Shown here in pieces: positions 10,615-22,757 of a stretch of DNA of 64,000 nucleotides (within the stretch, counting starts at the first letter, position 1; every line of letters starts with the position of its first letter). The notes under the pieces are model-generated. The model saw nothing but the letters and a program-made list of their open reading frames with translations, was not told the DNA's origin and did not search any database. Location of the stretch: NCBI RefSeq assembly GCF_963921235.1, contig NC_086108.1:11346001-11410000 (forward strand). Direction: 5' to 3'. Source of the DNA: Mobula hypostoma (lineage: Eukaryota). A program made the position numbers and the translations under genes.

Positions 10615-13600
10615 GAAGCTACAAGGAATTAGTCACCCCGAGGCTGCAGGAGTTAGACAAGTGGGGGACTGTCAGGGAAGGGATGGGAAGAGCTTAGATA
10701 GTAGATAGCACCCCACTGGCCAGACCCCTCAGTAATCGTTATCTCGTTTTGGACGCTGCTGAAGGGGTTGATCTGACAGAAGACAACCACGGTGATCGGT
10801 CTCTGGCACTGAGCCTGGTTCTGTGGTGCAGAACGGAGAGAAGAATTTGAGGAATGCGGTAGTCATTGGGGATTTCATAGTGAGGGGACAGACAGGAGGT
10901 TCTGTCAGACTGATAGAGATACTCGCATGGTGTGTTGCCTCCCAGGTGCCAGGATATGGGATGTCTCAGATCGGGTGCAGAGTATTCTGAAGGGAGAGGG
11001 TGAACAGACAGAAGTCTTGGTACACATTGGCACCAATGACAGGAAGAAAAAGTGAGGAGGTCCTGAAGAGAGATTAAAGGAGTTAGGTAGGAAGCTGAAA
11101 AGCAGGACCTCCAGGGTAGTAATCTCAAGGTTGCTGCCTGTGCCACGTACTAACAACTGCAAGAATAGCATGATCAGGCATATTAATGTGCGGCTGAGAG
11201 ACGGGTGTAGAGGGCAGGGCTTTGGGTTCCTGGATCATTGGGGCCTCTTCTCGGGGAGGTACGACCTGTACAAAAAGGAAGTGTTACACCTGAACCCAAA
11301 AGGGTCCAATATCCTAGCTGGCAGACTGATAGGTCTATGGAAGGGGAAAATAGAAATAAATCAAAGATAATGTGCAACAGAGATGATAGAAAGGACAGGC
11401 AGGAGATGAGGTATAATTACAGCCAGTGGGATGAGTTACAGGGCAGTAGAGGTGTGATTTCAAACAGAAAGCAATAAATACTGGACTGAAAATGTTATAT
11501 TTGAATGCATGCAGTATAAGAAATAAAATGAACGACCTTGAAATTCAGCTACAGATTGGCCATCTCTGAAACTTGGCTAAACCATGGCTGCCATTGGGAG
11601 CTGAATGTCCAAGGATATACGGTGTGTCGGAAAGATAGGTTAGTAGGCAGAGGGGGTGGTGTGGCCCTGTGTATAAGAAATAATATTAAATCATTAGAAA
11701 GGGATGACATAGGATTGGAAGGTATAGAGTCTCTATGGGTTGAGTTAAGAAATGGCAAGGGTAAAAGGACCCTAATAGCATTGTAAACAGGCCTCCAAAC
11801 AGCAGCCGAGATGTGGATTACCAATTATAGCAGGAGATAGAAAAAGCGTGTCAGAAGTGAAATGTCATGATAATCTTTGGGGATTTCAACATGAAATTGG
11901 ATTGGGAAAACCAGGCCAGTACTGGATCTCAAGAGAGAGAATTTGTAGAATGTCTAAGGGATGGCTTCTTTGAACAGCTTGTTGTTGAGCCCATTCGGGG
12001 ATCGACTGTTCTGGATTGGGTTTTGAGCAATGATCCGGAGGTGATAAGAGAGGTTAGGGTTAAGGAACCCTTGGGGAACAGTGATCACAATATGATTGAG
12101 TTCACTTTGAAATTCGAAAAGGAGAAACTAAATTCCAATGTGTCGGTATTTCAGTGGAATAAAGCAAATTACAATGGCATGAGAGGGGAACTGGCCAAGG
12201 TTGACTGGAAAGGGACACTAGCAGGAAGGACAGCAGAGCAGCGACATCTGGAGTTTCTGCAAAAAATGAGGGAAGTGCAAGACAGATATATTCCAAATAA
12301 GAAGAAATTTTTGAATGGACGAAGGACACTACCGTAGCTGACAAGTGAAGTCAGAGCCAAAGTAAAAGCAAAAGAAGAGGCATGCAGTGAAGCCAAAGCT
12401 AGTGGCAAGATAGAGGACTGGTACACTTTTAAAAACTTGCAGAAAGAATCTAAGAAGGTCATTAGGAAGGAAAAGATGAATTATGAAAGGAAGCTGGCAA
12501 TGAATATCAAAGAAGGTACTAAAAGCTTTTTAAGTAGATAAAGGGTAAAAGAGAGTTGAGGGTAGATATAGAACCAATAGAAAATGACACTGGAGATATT
12601 GTAATGAGAGACAAAGAGATGGCAGAGGAACTGAATGTGCATTTTCCATCAGTGTTCACAGCGGAAGACATCTGCAATATACCGGACATTCAAGAGTGTC
12701 AGGGAAGTGAAGTATGTGCAGTGAAAATTACGACTGAGAGGGTGCTCAGGAAGCTTATTGGTCTGAGTGTGGATAAATCTCTTGGACCTGATGGAATGCA
12801 CCCTCGGGCTCTGAAGGAAGTAGATGGAGAGATAGTGAAGGCGTTAACTATGATCTTCAAGAATTGATAGATTCTGGCATTGTACCGGATGACTGGAAAA
12901 TTGCAAATGTTACTCCGCTATTTAAGAAGGGTGGGAGGCAGCAGAAAGGAAACTATAGACCTGTTAGCTTGACATCAGTGCTTGGAAAGTTGTTGGAATT
13001 GATAGTTAAGGATGAGATTATGAAGTACCTGGAGGTACATGACAGGATAGGCCCAAGCCAGTTGGTTTCTGGAAAGAAAAATCCTGCCTGATTAACCTAC
13101 TGCAATTTTTTGAGGAAATTACAAGCAGGGTTGACAAAGGAGATGTACTTGGATTTTCAGAAAGCCTTTGACATGGTGCTGCACAGGAGGGTGCTCAGCT
13201 AGATAAGACCTCATGGAATTACAGGGAAGCTACTTGCATGGGTGGAGCATTGGTTGACTGGCCGAAAGCAGAGAGTGGGAATTTTTTTACAATCTATGTC
13301 AAAGATTTGGACTATGAGATTCATGGATTTGTAGCTAAATTTGCCGATGATACAAAGATAGGTGGAGGAGTGTGTAGTGTTGAGGAAACAGAGGGCCTGC
13401 AGACAGACTTAGATAGTTTAGGAGAATGGGCAAAGATGTGGCAAATGAAATACAATGTTGAAAAGTATATGGTCATGCACTTTGGTGGAAGAAATAAACT
13501 GGCAGACTATTATTTGGATAGAGAATTTAAAACACAGAGATACAAAGGGATTTGTGAGTCCTTGTGCAGGATACCCTAAAGGTTAACCTCCAGGTTGAGT

Positions 13601-14240
13601 CGGTGCTGAGGAAGGCAAATGCAATGTTGGCATTCATTTCTAGGGGTATAGAATATAAGAGCAGAGATGTGATGCTGAGGCTCGATAAAGCACTCGTGAG
13701 ACCACACTTGGAGTATAGTGTGCAGTTTTGGGCTCCTTATTTTAGAAAGGATATACTGACATTGGAGAGTGTTCAGAGAAGATTCAGGAGAATGATTCCA
13801 GGAATGAAAGAGTTACCATATAAGGAACGTCTGGCAGCTCTTGGGCTGTATTCCCTGGAGTTCAGGAGAATGGGGGGGATCTTATAGAAACATTCCGAAT
13901 GTTAAAAGGCCTGAACATATTAGATATGGCAAAGTTATTTCCCATGGTAAGGGAGTCTAGGACAAGAGGGCACGACTTCAGGATTGAAGGACGTCCATTT
14001 GGAACAGAGATACAGAGAAACTATTTTAGTCAGAGGGTGGTAAATCTGTGGAAGCGAAGTCATTGGGTGCATTTAAGGCAGAGATAGCTAGGTTCTTAAT
14101 TAGCCAGGCCATCAAAGAGTATGGGAAGACTGCAGGGGAGTTGGGATGGCTGGAAGAATTAGATCAGCCGTGATTGAATGGCGGAGCAGACCCGATGGGG
14201 CTAATGGCCTGCTTCGGCTCCTTTAACTAATGCTCTTATA
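10615..14240 (+). mobile_element. CR1-clade LINE, 5'-truncated and disrupted: ORF1 SGNH esterase plus ORF2 APE endonuclease and RT
   Basis: ORF1 motifs VVIGDFIVRG, VHIGTND, LHLN. ORF2 motifs YLNA, AISETWL, GDFN, SDHN, GPDG, NYRPVSLTS, KFADDTK, RPHLEY. Many stops and frameshifts. Confidence 0.93.
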
Positions 14241-15175
14241 TGTACTTACATAGTTTAGTGCTTCCTGCACTCTGGTTGATCGTTCATTGATTCTGTTATA
14301 GTTACTACTCTCTGGATTTGCTGAGTATGCCCACATGAAAATGAATCTTAGGATTGTATATGGTGACATATATGTGCTTTGATGATAAAATCTACTTTGA
14401 ACTTTGAAGAGTAGTATCTGTTAATTTTATGAGCTGTCTGCAAGGTGTTGCCATTGGTTTCTGGCACCTTCTTGCTATCTTGCTATACCTTCTAAAACTT
14501 TCCCATCCATGTAACTGTCCAACTGGCTTTTACAAGCTGTACCTGCCTGAACCATTTCCCTTGGAGGATCATTCCACATTGACACCACTGTCTGGGTAAA
14601 ATAATTTGTCTTGCCTCTGTCACGGTCCAGTCCATGAAGTCCACATTCCGGTTCACGGTCCAGTCTGTGGATGCCGTATTCTGGCTATTCCTTTTTTCCC
14701 TTGTTCCGTTGGGTGCCTTAATCGAGGCACCTGATTCTCGTTTCGGGCTGGCAACATAAATAGCTCTGGGATCCGGTGATTCCTTGCTGGACTGTCCTTG
14801 TCAGTAACCTCGTCAAAATCCCCGTCAAGTTAACCCGCCAGAGAGAGACTTGAGCCGCTGTCTGTAGTTCCTGGGCCGCGTTGAGGGCTCGCCGCTACTT
14901 GGAGCCTATTCGTGTCAAGATAAAGAACAGACTATCGTTGTGTGGTTTTGTCTCTCCATGTTCTCTCCTCCCCAGGGTAGGTCCAGCCGTTTGCTGCTAC
15001 CCTGAGGGGGGTACGGTCTCAGTGTTCTGTGTCCTGGGTGTAAGAAGAGTTCCGGTTCTATATCCTGTGTCCAAGGAGGAGTCCCGGCTCTGTGTTCTGT
15101 GTCTTGTGCCTTAGTCAAGTCTGAGCCTAGTCCAAGTCAAGAGTCAAGTTCCAAGTCCAAGTCGAGAGTCAAGTT

Positions 15176-16555
15176 CGTGACGGGATCCTGAATTATCCCT
15201 ATGAACTATGCTTTTAAGACAGAGAGATAGAGAGGTGTCCAACACAGACACCTTGTAATTAAGAGAGAGAGAGAGGCGATGACTGCTTGGAGATGGTGTT
15301 CTGGTTTCTCTGCAGAATGTTTACACTTTTGCAAGGACACTGCCAGCTTCTGTGTTCTTACAGAAAGAGAATGGAGGAGCTACGTGATGGATAGCTGGTG
15401 TTCAGCATGGTGAGATAACTAGAAGGTCAGCTGATAGACTGACAGACACATAATTTTGGACACTGGATGAGCTTTGTTGTGCCCACAGAAAGGTGGGTTT
15501 TTGGAGGATTGATCAGGAGGATCAAACAGTGGCTCTCACAGTGTGGAAAAGGTGTGACCGGTGGGGAGTTATCAGTGTGTCAACCCTTGCCTGGGTTGAT
15601 AACCTCTCCACAGAAAATGGTGGTCTCCTTGTTGTGGTCACATTCGGTGACTTTAAAGGAAGAGGAGAGGGGAGAGAAAGGCTTGAAACAGAAGAAACCT
15701 AGTGACAAAGAGGTCACTGTTTGGACTCTCTCTCTCTCTCTCTAAATAGCTTGTAAGGGTGAGTTTGAGTTCCATTCAAATACGAAGGTGTGATTGTCAT
15801 GTAGTTAATCCACTGGAGTGGGTTCTCTGGTGAGGGGAGTACCTTTGTGGATGCCATTTGTGAGTTACCCTTGTCTGGGTGTGGTAGTTCACTGAAGAAA
15901 GGCACCCCTGTGGTAAATCACTGTTGGAGTTATTTCATATGTCGTGGAACTGGTTAAGTGGCCATCACGTTGTGTGTTTGGGGTTGGTTCCCTTGCAGAG
16001 GGTCCCCTTATTGATAAGCTACTGTTGGTGATAATCCATATGCGGATTCTGTTTGAGTATCCTATGGCCACCACTTGGGAATGACTCGTAGCTGAATTCA
16101 GGTGTGGCACCACTTGTGTTGAAAGGGTATTCGTTGAAGATCACTGTTGGTGATACTTCGTGTGTGGAGTGGAACAACTTCGGAGATAAAACCTACTACT
16201 ATTGTTATTTTGTACTGCTGTCATGGAATCTGTGGAATATCGCCGTAATTGCCTTCTCTCGGCATTCACCCTGGATTACAAATATCTCTCTCTCATCACC
16301 TATTCTGTGGATGAACTGAACTTCCATACTTTACCATCTCAAGACTCTAAGCCTTGTGTTCCCCAAGCTCAATAGTTTGGGAGTTATATTTGCACATATA
16401 TATACACGTAACACTGTTAGCATGTTTGATTTATCCGGTTATATATGACTGTATTACGTAGTTACTAATAAAAATAGCTTATGTTAGCACTAATACCAGA
16501 CTCTGGCTGTTTTCCATTTCTGCTGGCTCTTTAACCTGTCATGGGGTGCGTGACG
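15176..16555 (+). mobile_element. Solo LTR (Gmr1-like Gypsy family) inserted in the 5' LTR of copy B
   Basis: Absent from the 3' LTR. Ends CGTGACG...CGTGACG (decayed TG..CA), flanks AGTT/GGTT. 3' part AATAAAA...CCAGACTC...TCCATTTCTGCTGG resembles the LTR end at 43570-43658. Confidence 0.75.
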
Positions 16556-16975
16556 GGTTCCAAGTCCAAATCCGAGTCAAGTCCAAGCCAAGCCGAATCA
16601 AGTCGCAAGACCAAATCGAGAGTCAATTTCCAAATCCAAGTTGAGAGTCAAGTTCCAAGTCCAAGTCGAGAGTCAAGTTCCAAGTCCAAGTCCAAGTCAA
16701 ATCCAAGCCAAGTCCGAGTCAAGTTCCAAGTCCAGGTCAAGAGTCAAGATTCAAGTCCAAGTCGAGAGCCAAGTTCCAAGTCCAAGTCGAGTCAAGTTCC
16801 AAGTCCAAGTTGAGAGACAAGTTCTAAGTCCAAGTCCGAGTCCAGTCCAAGCCAAGTCCTAGTTCTAGTCAAGAGCCAAGTCTAGACCCAGGTACCGAGT
16901 CCCAGCCAAGACCCAAGTCCTCAGTCATCACCTGAGTTTCCTGTCAAGTTCAAGTCCCAAATCCAAGTCCAGATT
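16556..16975. repeat. Degenerate CAAGTC-based tandem array within LTR (also 15110-15175 and 17788-17990)
   Basis: Repeated CCAAGT/CAAGTC/GAGTCAAGTT units; longer in the 5' LTR than in the 3' LTR. Confidence 0.9.
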
Positions 16976-18324
16976 TTCCGATTTGTCACTCAATGTCTAC
17001 CTTCGTGTTATTATTTTGTCCTTGTTCCTTGGCTTCCCTAGCATTCTTAATAAATATAGTCCAGTTCTTCGTACTTCAGTGTCTGTGTCTTGCATTTGGG
17101 TCCACTTCCATCGCCCCCTTATGACAGAATGGCCCAGTCAAACATGGCCCCATTGACACAGACATGGTCATGAAACTCTCGCCATACAGGGTTCCCTCTT
17201 GTTGAAAACACCCCTACCTGCCTGGGTCGTCGATGATCTGGGCGAGCCTGTTGGATCACCAGGAGGCTCCCATAGTAGGGGTGGGGGGGTGGGGTTGATA
17301 CTGTCACGGTCCGGTCCAGGAAGTCCGCATTCTAGTTCACAGTCCAGCCCGTGGATTCCGTATTCTGGCTATTCCTTTATTCCGTTGGGTGCCTTAATTG
17401 AGGCACCTGATTCTCGTTTCGGTCTGGCAACTTAAATAGCTCTGGGGTCCAGTGATTCATTGCTGGACCGTCCTCATGAGTAACCTCGTCAGAGTCCCTG
17501 TCAAGTTAACCCACCAGACTGAGACTTGAGCCGCTGTCTGTTGTTCCTGGACAGGGTTGAGGGCTCGCCGCTACTTGGAGCCTATTCGTGTCAAGATAAA
17601 GAATAGTCTATTGTTGTGTGATTTTGTCTCTCCATGTTCTCACCTCTGCTGGGTAGGTCCGGACGTTTGCCGCTACCCTGAGGAGGGAATGGTCTCAGTG
17701 TTTTGTGCCCTGTGTCTAAGAAGAGTCCCAACTCTATGTCCTGTGTCCAAGAACGAGCTCTGGCTCAGTGTTCTGTGTCCTGTGTCTAAGTCAAGTCTGA
17801 GCCTAGTCCAAGTCAAGGGTCAAGTTCCAGGTCCGGGTCAAGTCCAAGCCAAGTCCAAGTCCAGTCTAAGCCAAGTCCTAGTTCTAGTCAAGAGCCAAGT
17901 CTAGAGCCAGGTACTGAGTCCCTGTCAAGACCTGAGTCCTGAGTCATCACCAGAGTTCCCTGTCAAGTTCAAGTCCCAAGTCCAAGTCTAGTTTTCCCGG
18001 TTTGTCACTTAACGTCTACCTTCGTGTTATCATTTTGTCCTCGCTCCTTGGCTTCCCTAGCATTCTTAATGAACATAGTCCAGTTCCTAGTACTTCAGTG
18101 TCTGTGTCTTGCATTTGGGTCCGCTTCCATCACTCCTTTATGACAGCATCAGAGGGGACGCCACTTCTGAGCAGTCACCATTAATGTGAGGAGATGTTTC
18201 AAGTGGTTTTTGAATGCAGAGGAACCGTTTTTCACAGACTCAGTACAGCTCTGACTCTGTAGATGAGACAGTAGTGTGCAAATAACAGAGTCTGTGCACA
18301 ACGCTGAGAAACTGTCTCTAATAA

Positions 18325-18660
18325 TGGCTCACAGAGGTATAGCCAGAGTGGACGTGGAAAGGATGTCTCTATTAGTGGGAGAGTCTAAGACCAGCACAGC
18401 CTCAGAATACAAGGGCATCCTTTAGATCAGAAATAAGGAGGAATTACTTTAGCCGGACATTGGTGAATCTGTGGAACTGTAAAGGCCACTTCATTAAGTA
18501 TACTTAAAGTAAAGACTAATAGGTTCTTGATTAGTCAAGGTGCTAAAGGTTATGGGGAGAGGACATGAGAATAGGGCTGAGAAGGAAAATAAATCAGCCA
18601 TAATCAAATGGTGGAGCAGACTCAATGGGCTGAATTATCTAATTCTGCTCCTATATTTAA
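18325..18660 (+). mobile_element. CR1 3'-end fragment, old
   Basis: GTGGAAAGGATG...GTGAATCTGTGG...AATGGTGGAGCAGACTC...AATTCTGCTCCTAT, as in other CR1 3' ends in the window. Confidence 0.75.
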
Positions 18661-18680
18661 TGAGAGAGAAAGAGAGAGAG

Positions 18681-19326
18681 AGCATTTATAGCAAGAGGAT
18701 TTGAGTACAGGAGCAGGGAGGTACTACTGCAGTTGTACAAGGCCTTGGTGAGACCACACCTGGAGTATTGTGTGCAGTTTTGGTCCCCTAATCTGAGGAA
18801 AGACATTCTTGCCATAGAAGGAGTACAAAGAAGGTTCACCAGATTGATTCCTGGGATGGCAGGACTTTCATATGATGAAAGACTGGATCGACTAGGTTTG
18901 TACTCTCTGGAATTTAGAAGATTGAGGAGGGATGTGATTGAAACATATAAAATTCTGAAGGGATTGGACAGGCTAGATGCAGGAAGATTGTTCCCAATGT
19001 TGGGGAAGTCCACAACCAGAGGTCACATTTTGAGGATAAAGGGGAAGCCATTTAGGACCGAGATGAGGAAAAACTTCTTCACACAGAGAGTGGTGAATCT
19101 GTGGAATTCTCTACCACAGGAAACAGTTGAGGCCAGTTCATTGGCTATATTTAAGAGGGAGTTAGATATGGCCTTTGTGGCTAAAGTGATCAGGGGGTAT
19201 GGAGAGAAGGCAGGTACAGGGTTCTGAGTTGGATTATCAGCCATGATCGTACTGAATGGCGGTGCAGGCTCGAAGGACTGAATGGCCTACTCCTGCACCT
19301 ATTTTCTATGTTTCTATGTTTCTATG
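18681..19326 (+). mobile_element. CR1 3' fragment (relatively young subfamily)
   Basis: Open ORF YKALVRPHLEYCVQFWSP...NLWNSLP with (TTTCTATG)n tail; nearly the same sequence as 40505-41125. Confidence 0.92.
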
Positions 19327-19389
19327 AGAGTAAACCAGTAGAATTCTCTGCCACTGGAAACAAGTCAAAGGAGATGTTGAAGGACATCA

Positions 19390-19850
19390 CTGGGCTAGGT
19401 AGCCATCTCCTTGACCTGCTGAGATTTTCTAGCTCTTCATGGTCCTGGGGAAGCTCTGTGAGCTAGGCAGCCAGCTCCTCGACCTGCTGAGTTCCTCTAG
19501 TACCTCAAAATCTGGAGAACCATATTGGGTTGGAAGCCTTCTTTTCAACCTGCTGAGTTCCTCTAGCACATCAGAGTCCTAGAGGATCTAAGTGTCCCAG
19601 GAAACCATCTCCTCAACCTGTGGTCCTCTAGCACCTCAAAATCTTAGTGGACCTGAGTGAGCTAGGTAGCCATCTCCTTGACATGCTGTGTTTCTCTATT
19701 GCCTCAGAGTCCTGGAGGCCTTCAGTGAGGTAGGTAGCCAACTCCTTGGCCAGCTGAGTTCCTCTAGCACTGCTGTGTTCTGGAGAAACCCAGTAGGGTA
19801 AGTAGCCATCTCCTCGTCTTCTGAGTTCCTCCAGCACCTCAGAGTCCTAC
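19390..19850. repeat. Degenerate tandem array, ~60-65 bp unit, about 7-8 copies
   Basis: Recurrent GCTAGGTAGCCATCTCCTTGACCTGCTGAGTTCCTCTAGCACCTCAGAGTCCTGG. Confidence 0.7.
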
Positions 19851-20084
19851 TTCTGCAGTCTTCTGTTTCTCCATTAGAGAAGTTGTATTTAAGGTCGCTA
19901 GGATTGAGGGCTGTGGGTAGACAGCTGCCACAGCACACTGAATGGTGACCGGCCATTGTGATTATGAATAACAGAGCATGTTTGATTGGCCTACTCCTGA
20001 TTCCATTTGGGTACTTCTACATTTCCAGGACCATTTCCTGATTCCATTTAGGTACTTCTACATTTCCAAGACCATAGGGTTCAC

Positions 20085-20430
20085 ACCATAAGACATAGAA
20101 GCAGAATTAGGCTGTTCAGCCTATCGAGTCTGCCCTGCCATTTTATCATGGCTGACTTATTATCTCTCTCAGCTCCATTCTCCTGCCGTCTTCCTGTAAC
20201 CTTTGACAACTAACAACCTCTGTTTCAAATACACTCAACAGCTTGGCCTTCACAGCCGTCCGTAGCAATGAATTCCACAGATTCGCCACCTTCTTGTTAA
20301 AGAAATTCCTCGTCTCTGTTCTAAAGTGGCATCCCTCTGTTCTGGGGCCGTGCCCTCTGGTCCGGGACTCCCCTACCATACGAAACATCTCCTCACCATC
20401 CACTCCATGTAGGCCTTTCAATATTTGGTA
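20085..20430 (-). mobile_element. CR1 3'-end fragment
   Basis: Minus ORF GESRTRGH...NLWNSL; CCATAAGACATAG tail. Confidence 0.85.
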
Positions 20431-20821
20431 GTATCTTATTACTGCTTGGAAGTCAGGGAGCGTTTCATCAGACAGAGGAGAGACCAGGCTATGGCAGCAT
20501 GTCGATGACTGGTGGGGCTTTCCTGCACCATTTTCCTGGCTGCTGATTAGATTTTACAGTTGAATGCTAACATTGCCCTGGGAGACCACGTGCATCTCTC
20601 ATTCAAGAGTCACCCTTTGTTATACTGCCAAAGGGAGGCAATTAAAACCGACAATGTAATGACAGCCTGTTATAGACTACCAGTGATTTTTCAGCTGGAC
20701 AACAGGAGGATGGCTCTTGGATGTTCCTTGTTCAATCCCCCACACAGCCCTTATGTCACAGTGCTTTCCTCAGACTGCACTGAGATCCAGGGCAGATTAC
20801 AAAGCTGAAGAGGGAAGATTC

Positions 20822-21515
20822 TGGGAGGGGATTTGATAGAGGTATACAAAATGATGAGGGGTTAGATAGGGTAAATGCAAGCAGGCTTTTTTCCCACTGA
20901 GGTTGGCTGGAACTACAACTTGAGGTCATAGGTCAAAGGCCCAAACTTCAAAGGCTCGTTTATTTTCAAAGTATACAACTCAGAAATTCTTCTTCTCCAA
21001 GTAGCCGTGAAACCAAGAAAGAAAAGGTGAAAAGCGAAAAGATTAAGGGGAACATGAGGGGAAACTTCTTCAATCAGACTGTGAAATGAGCTGACAATGC
21101 AAGTAACCGGAAATCTGCAGATGCTGGAAATTCAAGCAACACACATAAAAGTTGCTGGTGAGCTCAGCAGGCCAGGCAGCATCTCTAGGAAGAGGTGCAG
21201 TCAACGTTTCAGGCCGAGACCCTTCGTCAGACAAAGGATCTCGGCCTGAAACGTCGACTGCACCTCTTCCTAGAGATGCTGCCTGGCCTGCTGCGTTCAC
21301 CAGCAACTTTTATGTGTGTTGACAGTGCAAGTGGTGGATGTGAGCTCGATTTCAAGGTTTAAGAGCTTCGGATAGGCAATGGATGGTAGGGGTATGGAGG
21401 GCTATGGTCCCAGTTGCAGGTCAATGGCAGTAGGCAGTTTAAATGGTTCGGCACAGACTAGATGGGCTGAAGGGCCCATTTCTGTGCTGTACTTTTCTGT
21501 GACTTGATGACTCTA
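20822..21515 (+). mobile_element. CR1-type 3' fragment interrupted by small inserts
   Basis: GGGGATTTGATAGAGGTATACAAAAT...GATGGGCTGAAGGGCC...TCTGTGCTGTA. Confidence 0.7.
21105..21321. mobile_element. Penelope-derived foldback element carrying hammerhead motifs, with ~13-bp TSD
   Basis: 21137-21321 is a near-perfect palindrome centred on 21229. Minus arm reads CTGACGA-AGGGTCTCGGCCT-GAAACGTT-GACTG. Flanks TGACAATGCAAGT (21092-21104) and TGACAGTGCAAGT (21320-21332). Confidence 0.8.
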
Positions 21516-22099
21516 TTTTAACCAAGTCTCCGACCAGTGAATGCAATGTATTTTCTGCTTAAGTGAGCTGCTACAGACTCTAACAACCTTGTAATAAAGC
21601 TAGGTTCCAGGGATAGTTTTAAGACTGTTTAAATCTCCCTGGTTTATGGCCACGTCTCCCACTGAATTAAACACCACATTAAAATGGAATGTGCAGGTAA
21701 ACATACTTCCACCTCCCTCTGCTTTGACATGACCTCTCTATAATTGGATACTGGCTCCCTCCGGGCACATTTACCATTGCTTTGCTTGACTTCCATTGGC
21801 TCAGGTTTGATGCTGCCATCCATAAAACAAGGAGCTTTTAAACCAGGTGGCTCATGAGGTTAATGCGCTGGAGACTTTGGGCTGAAGCCATCAGCAGGAT
21901 TGCTGGAGAATTATGAGAGTGTTCCTGGGGTTTGGCACAGATATTTTTATCCTTCGAAGGTGACAGGATGCGCCCAAGGACAGAGATGCAGGCTGGTGAT
22001 GCAAGCAGAACAGGAGTGAGGTGTATCCAGCAGTTGGTAGAATTAGGGATGTTCTTGCTAAAGGGATGCGCCATTCAGGCCATAGGAATGGAATTACTA

Positions 22100-22757
22100 A
22101 GAATGCAGGGCAGGCTGCACTTCTACTACCTTAGGTGTTTGTAGAGATTCGGCATGACATCTAAAACTTTGAGAAACTTCTATAAAGGGGTAGTGGAGAG
22201 TATATAGACTGGCTGCATCACTGCCTGGTATGGAACCACCAATGCTCTTGAACAGAAAATCCTACAAAAAGTAATGGAATTGGCCCAGTACATCACAGGT
22301 AAAGCCCTCCCAACTGTCGCAAGAAAGCAGCATCCATCTGAGACCCCCACCACCCAGGTCATGCTCTCTTCTCACTGCTACCATCAGGAAGAAGGTACAA
22401 GAGCCTCAGGACTCACACCACCAGGTTCAAGAACAGTTACTACCCTTGAACCATCAGGCTCTTGAACCAAGGGAGATAACTTCATTCAACTTCACTTGCC
22501 AATCATTGAAATGTTCCCATAACCAATGGACTCAATCTGAAGGTCTCTTCATCTCATATTCTCGATATTTATTGCTATTTATTTATATTTATATTTTCCT
22601 ATTTTGTTGGCTTCTCCACTCTGGTTGAACACCAAAGTTGGTCTGGTTTTTCACTGATTCAATTATAGTTATTATTCTACAGATTTGTGTATGCCCACAT
22701 GAAAATGGATCTCAGGTTTCTATATGATGACATAAATATACTTTGACAATAAAATTT
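22100..22757 (+). mobile_element. Rex1/Babar-type 3' fragment; last bases resume at 27083-27107
   Basis: Homologous to 9470-10300 and 14260-14405; its tail is split by the RTE insertion. Confidence 0.8.

Larger units (their letters stand above)
14618..18145 (+). mobile_element. Miniature non-autonomous LTR retrotransposon (TRIM-like), copy B, complete with TSD
   Basis: 5' LTR 14618-17126 (TGTCACGG...TTATGACA, interrupted by a solo LTR). Internal region 17127-17301 (175 bp) is homologous to copy A and ends in a G-rich PPT. 3' LTR 17302-18145. Flanks GCCTC/GCATC (5-bp TSD, one mismatch). Confidence 0.9.
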
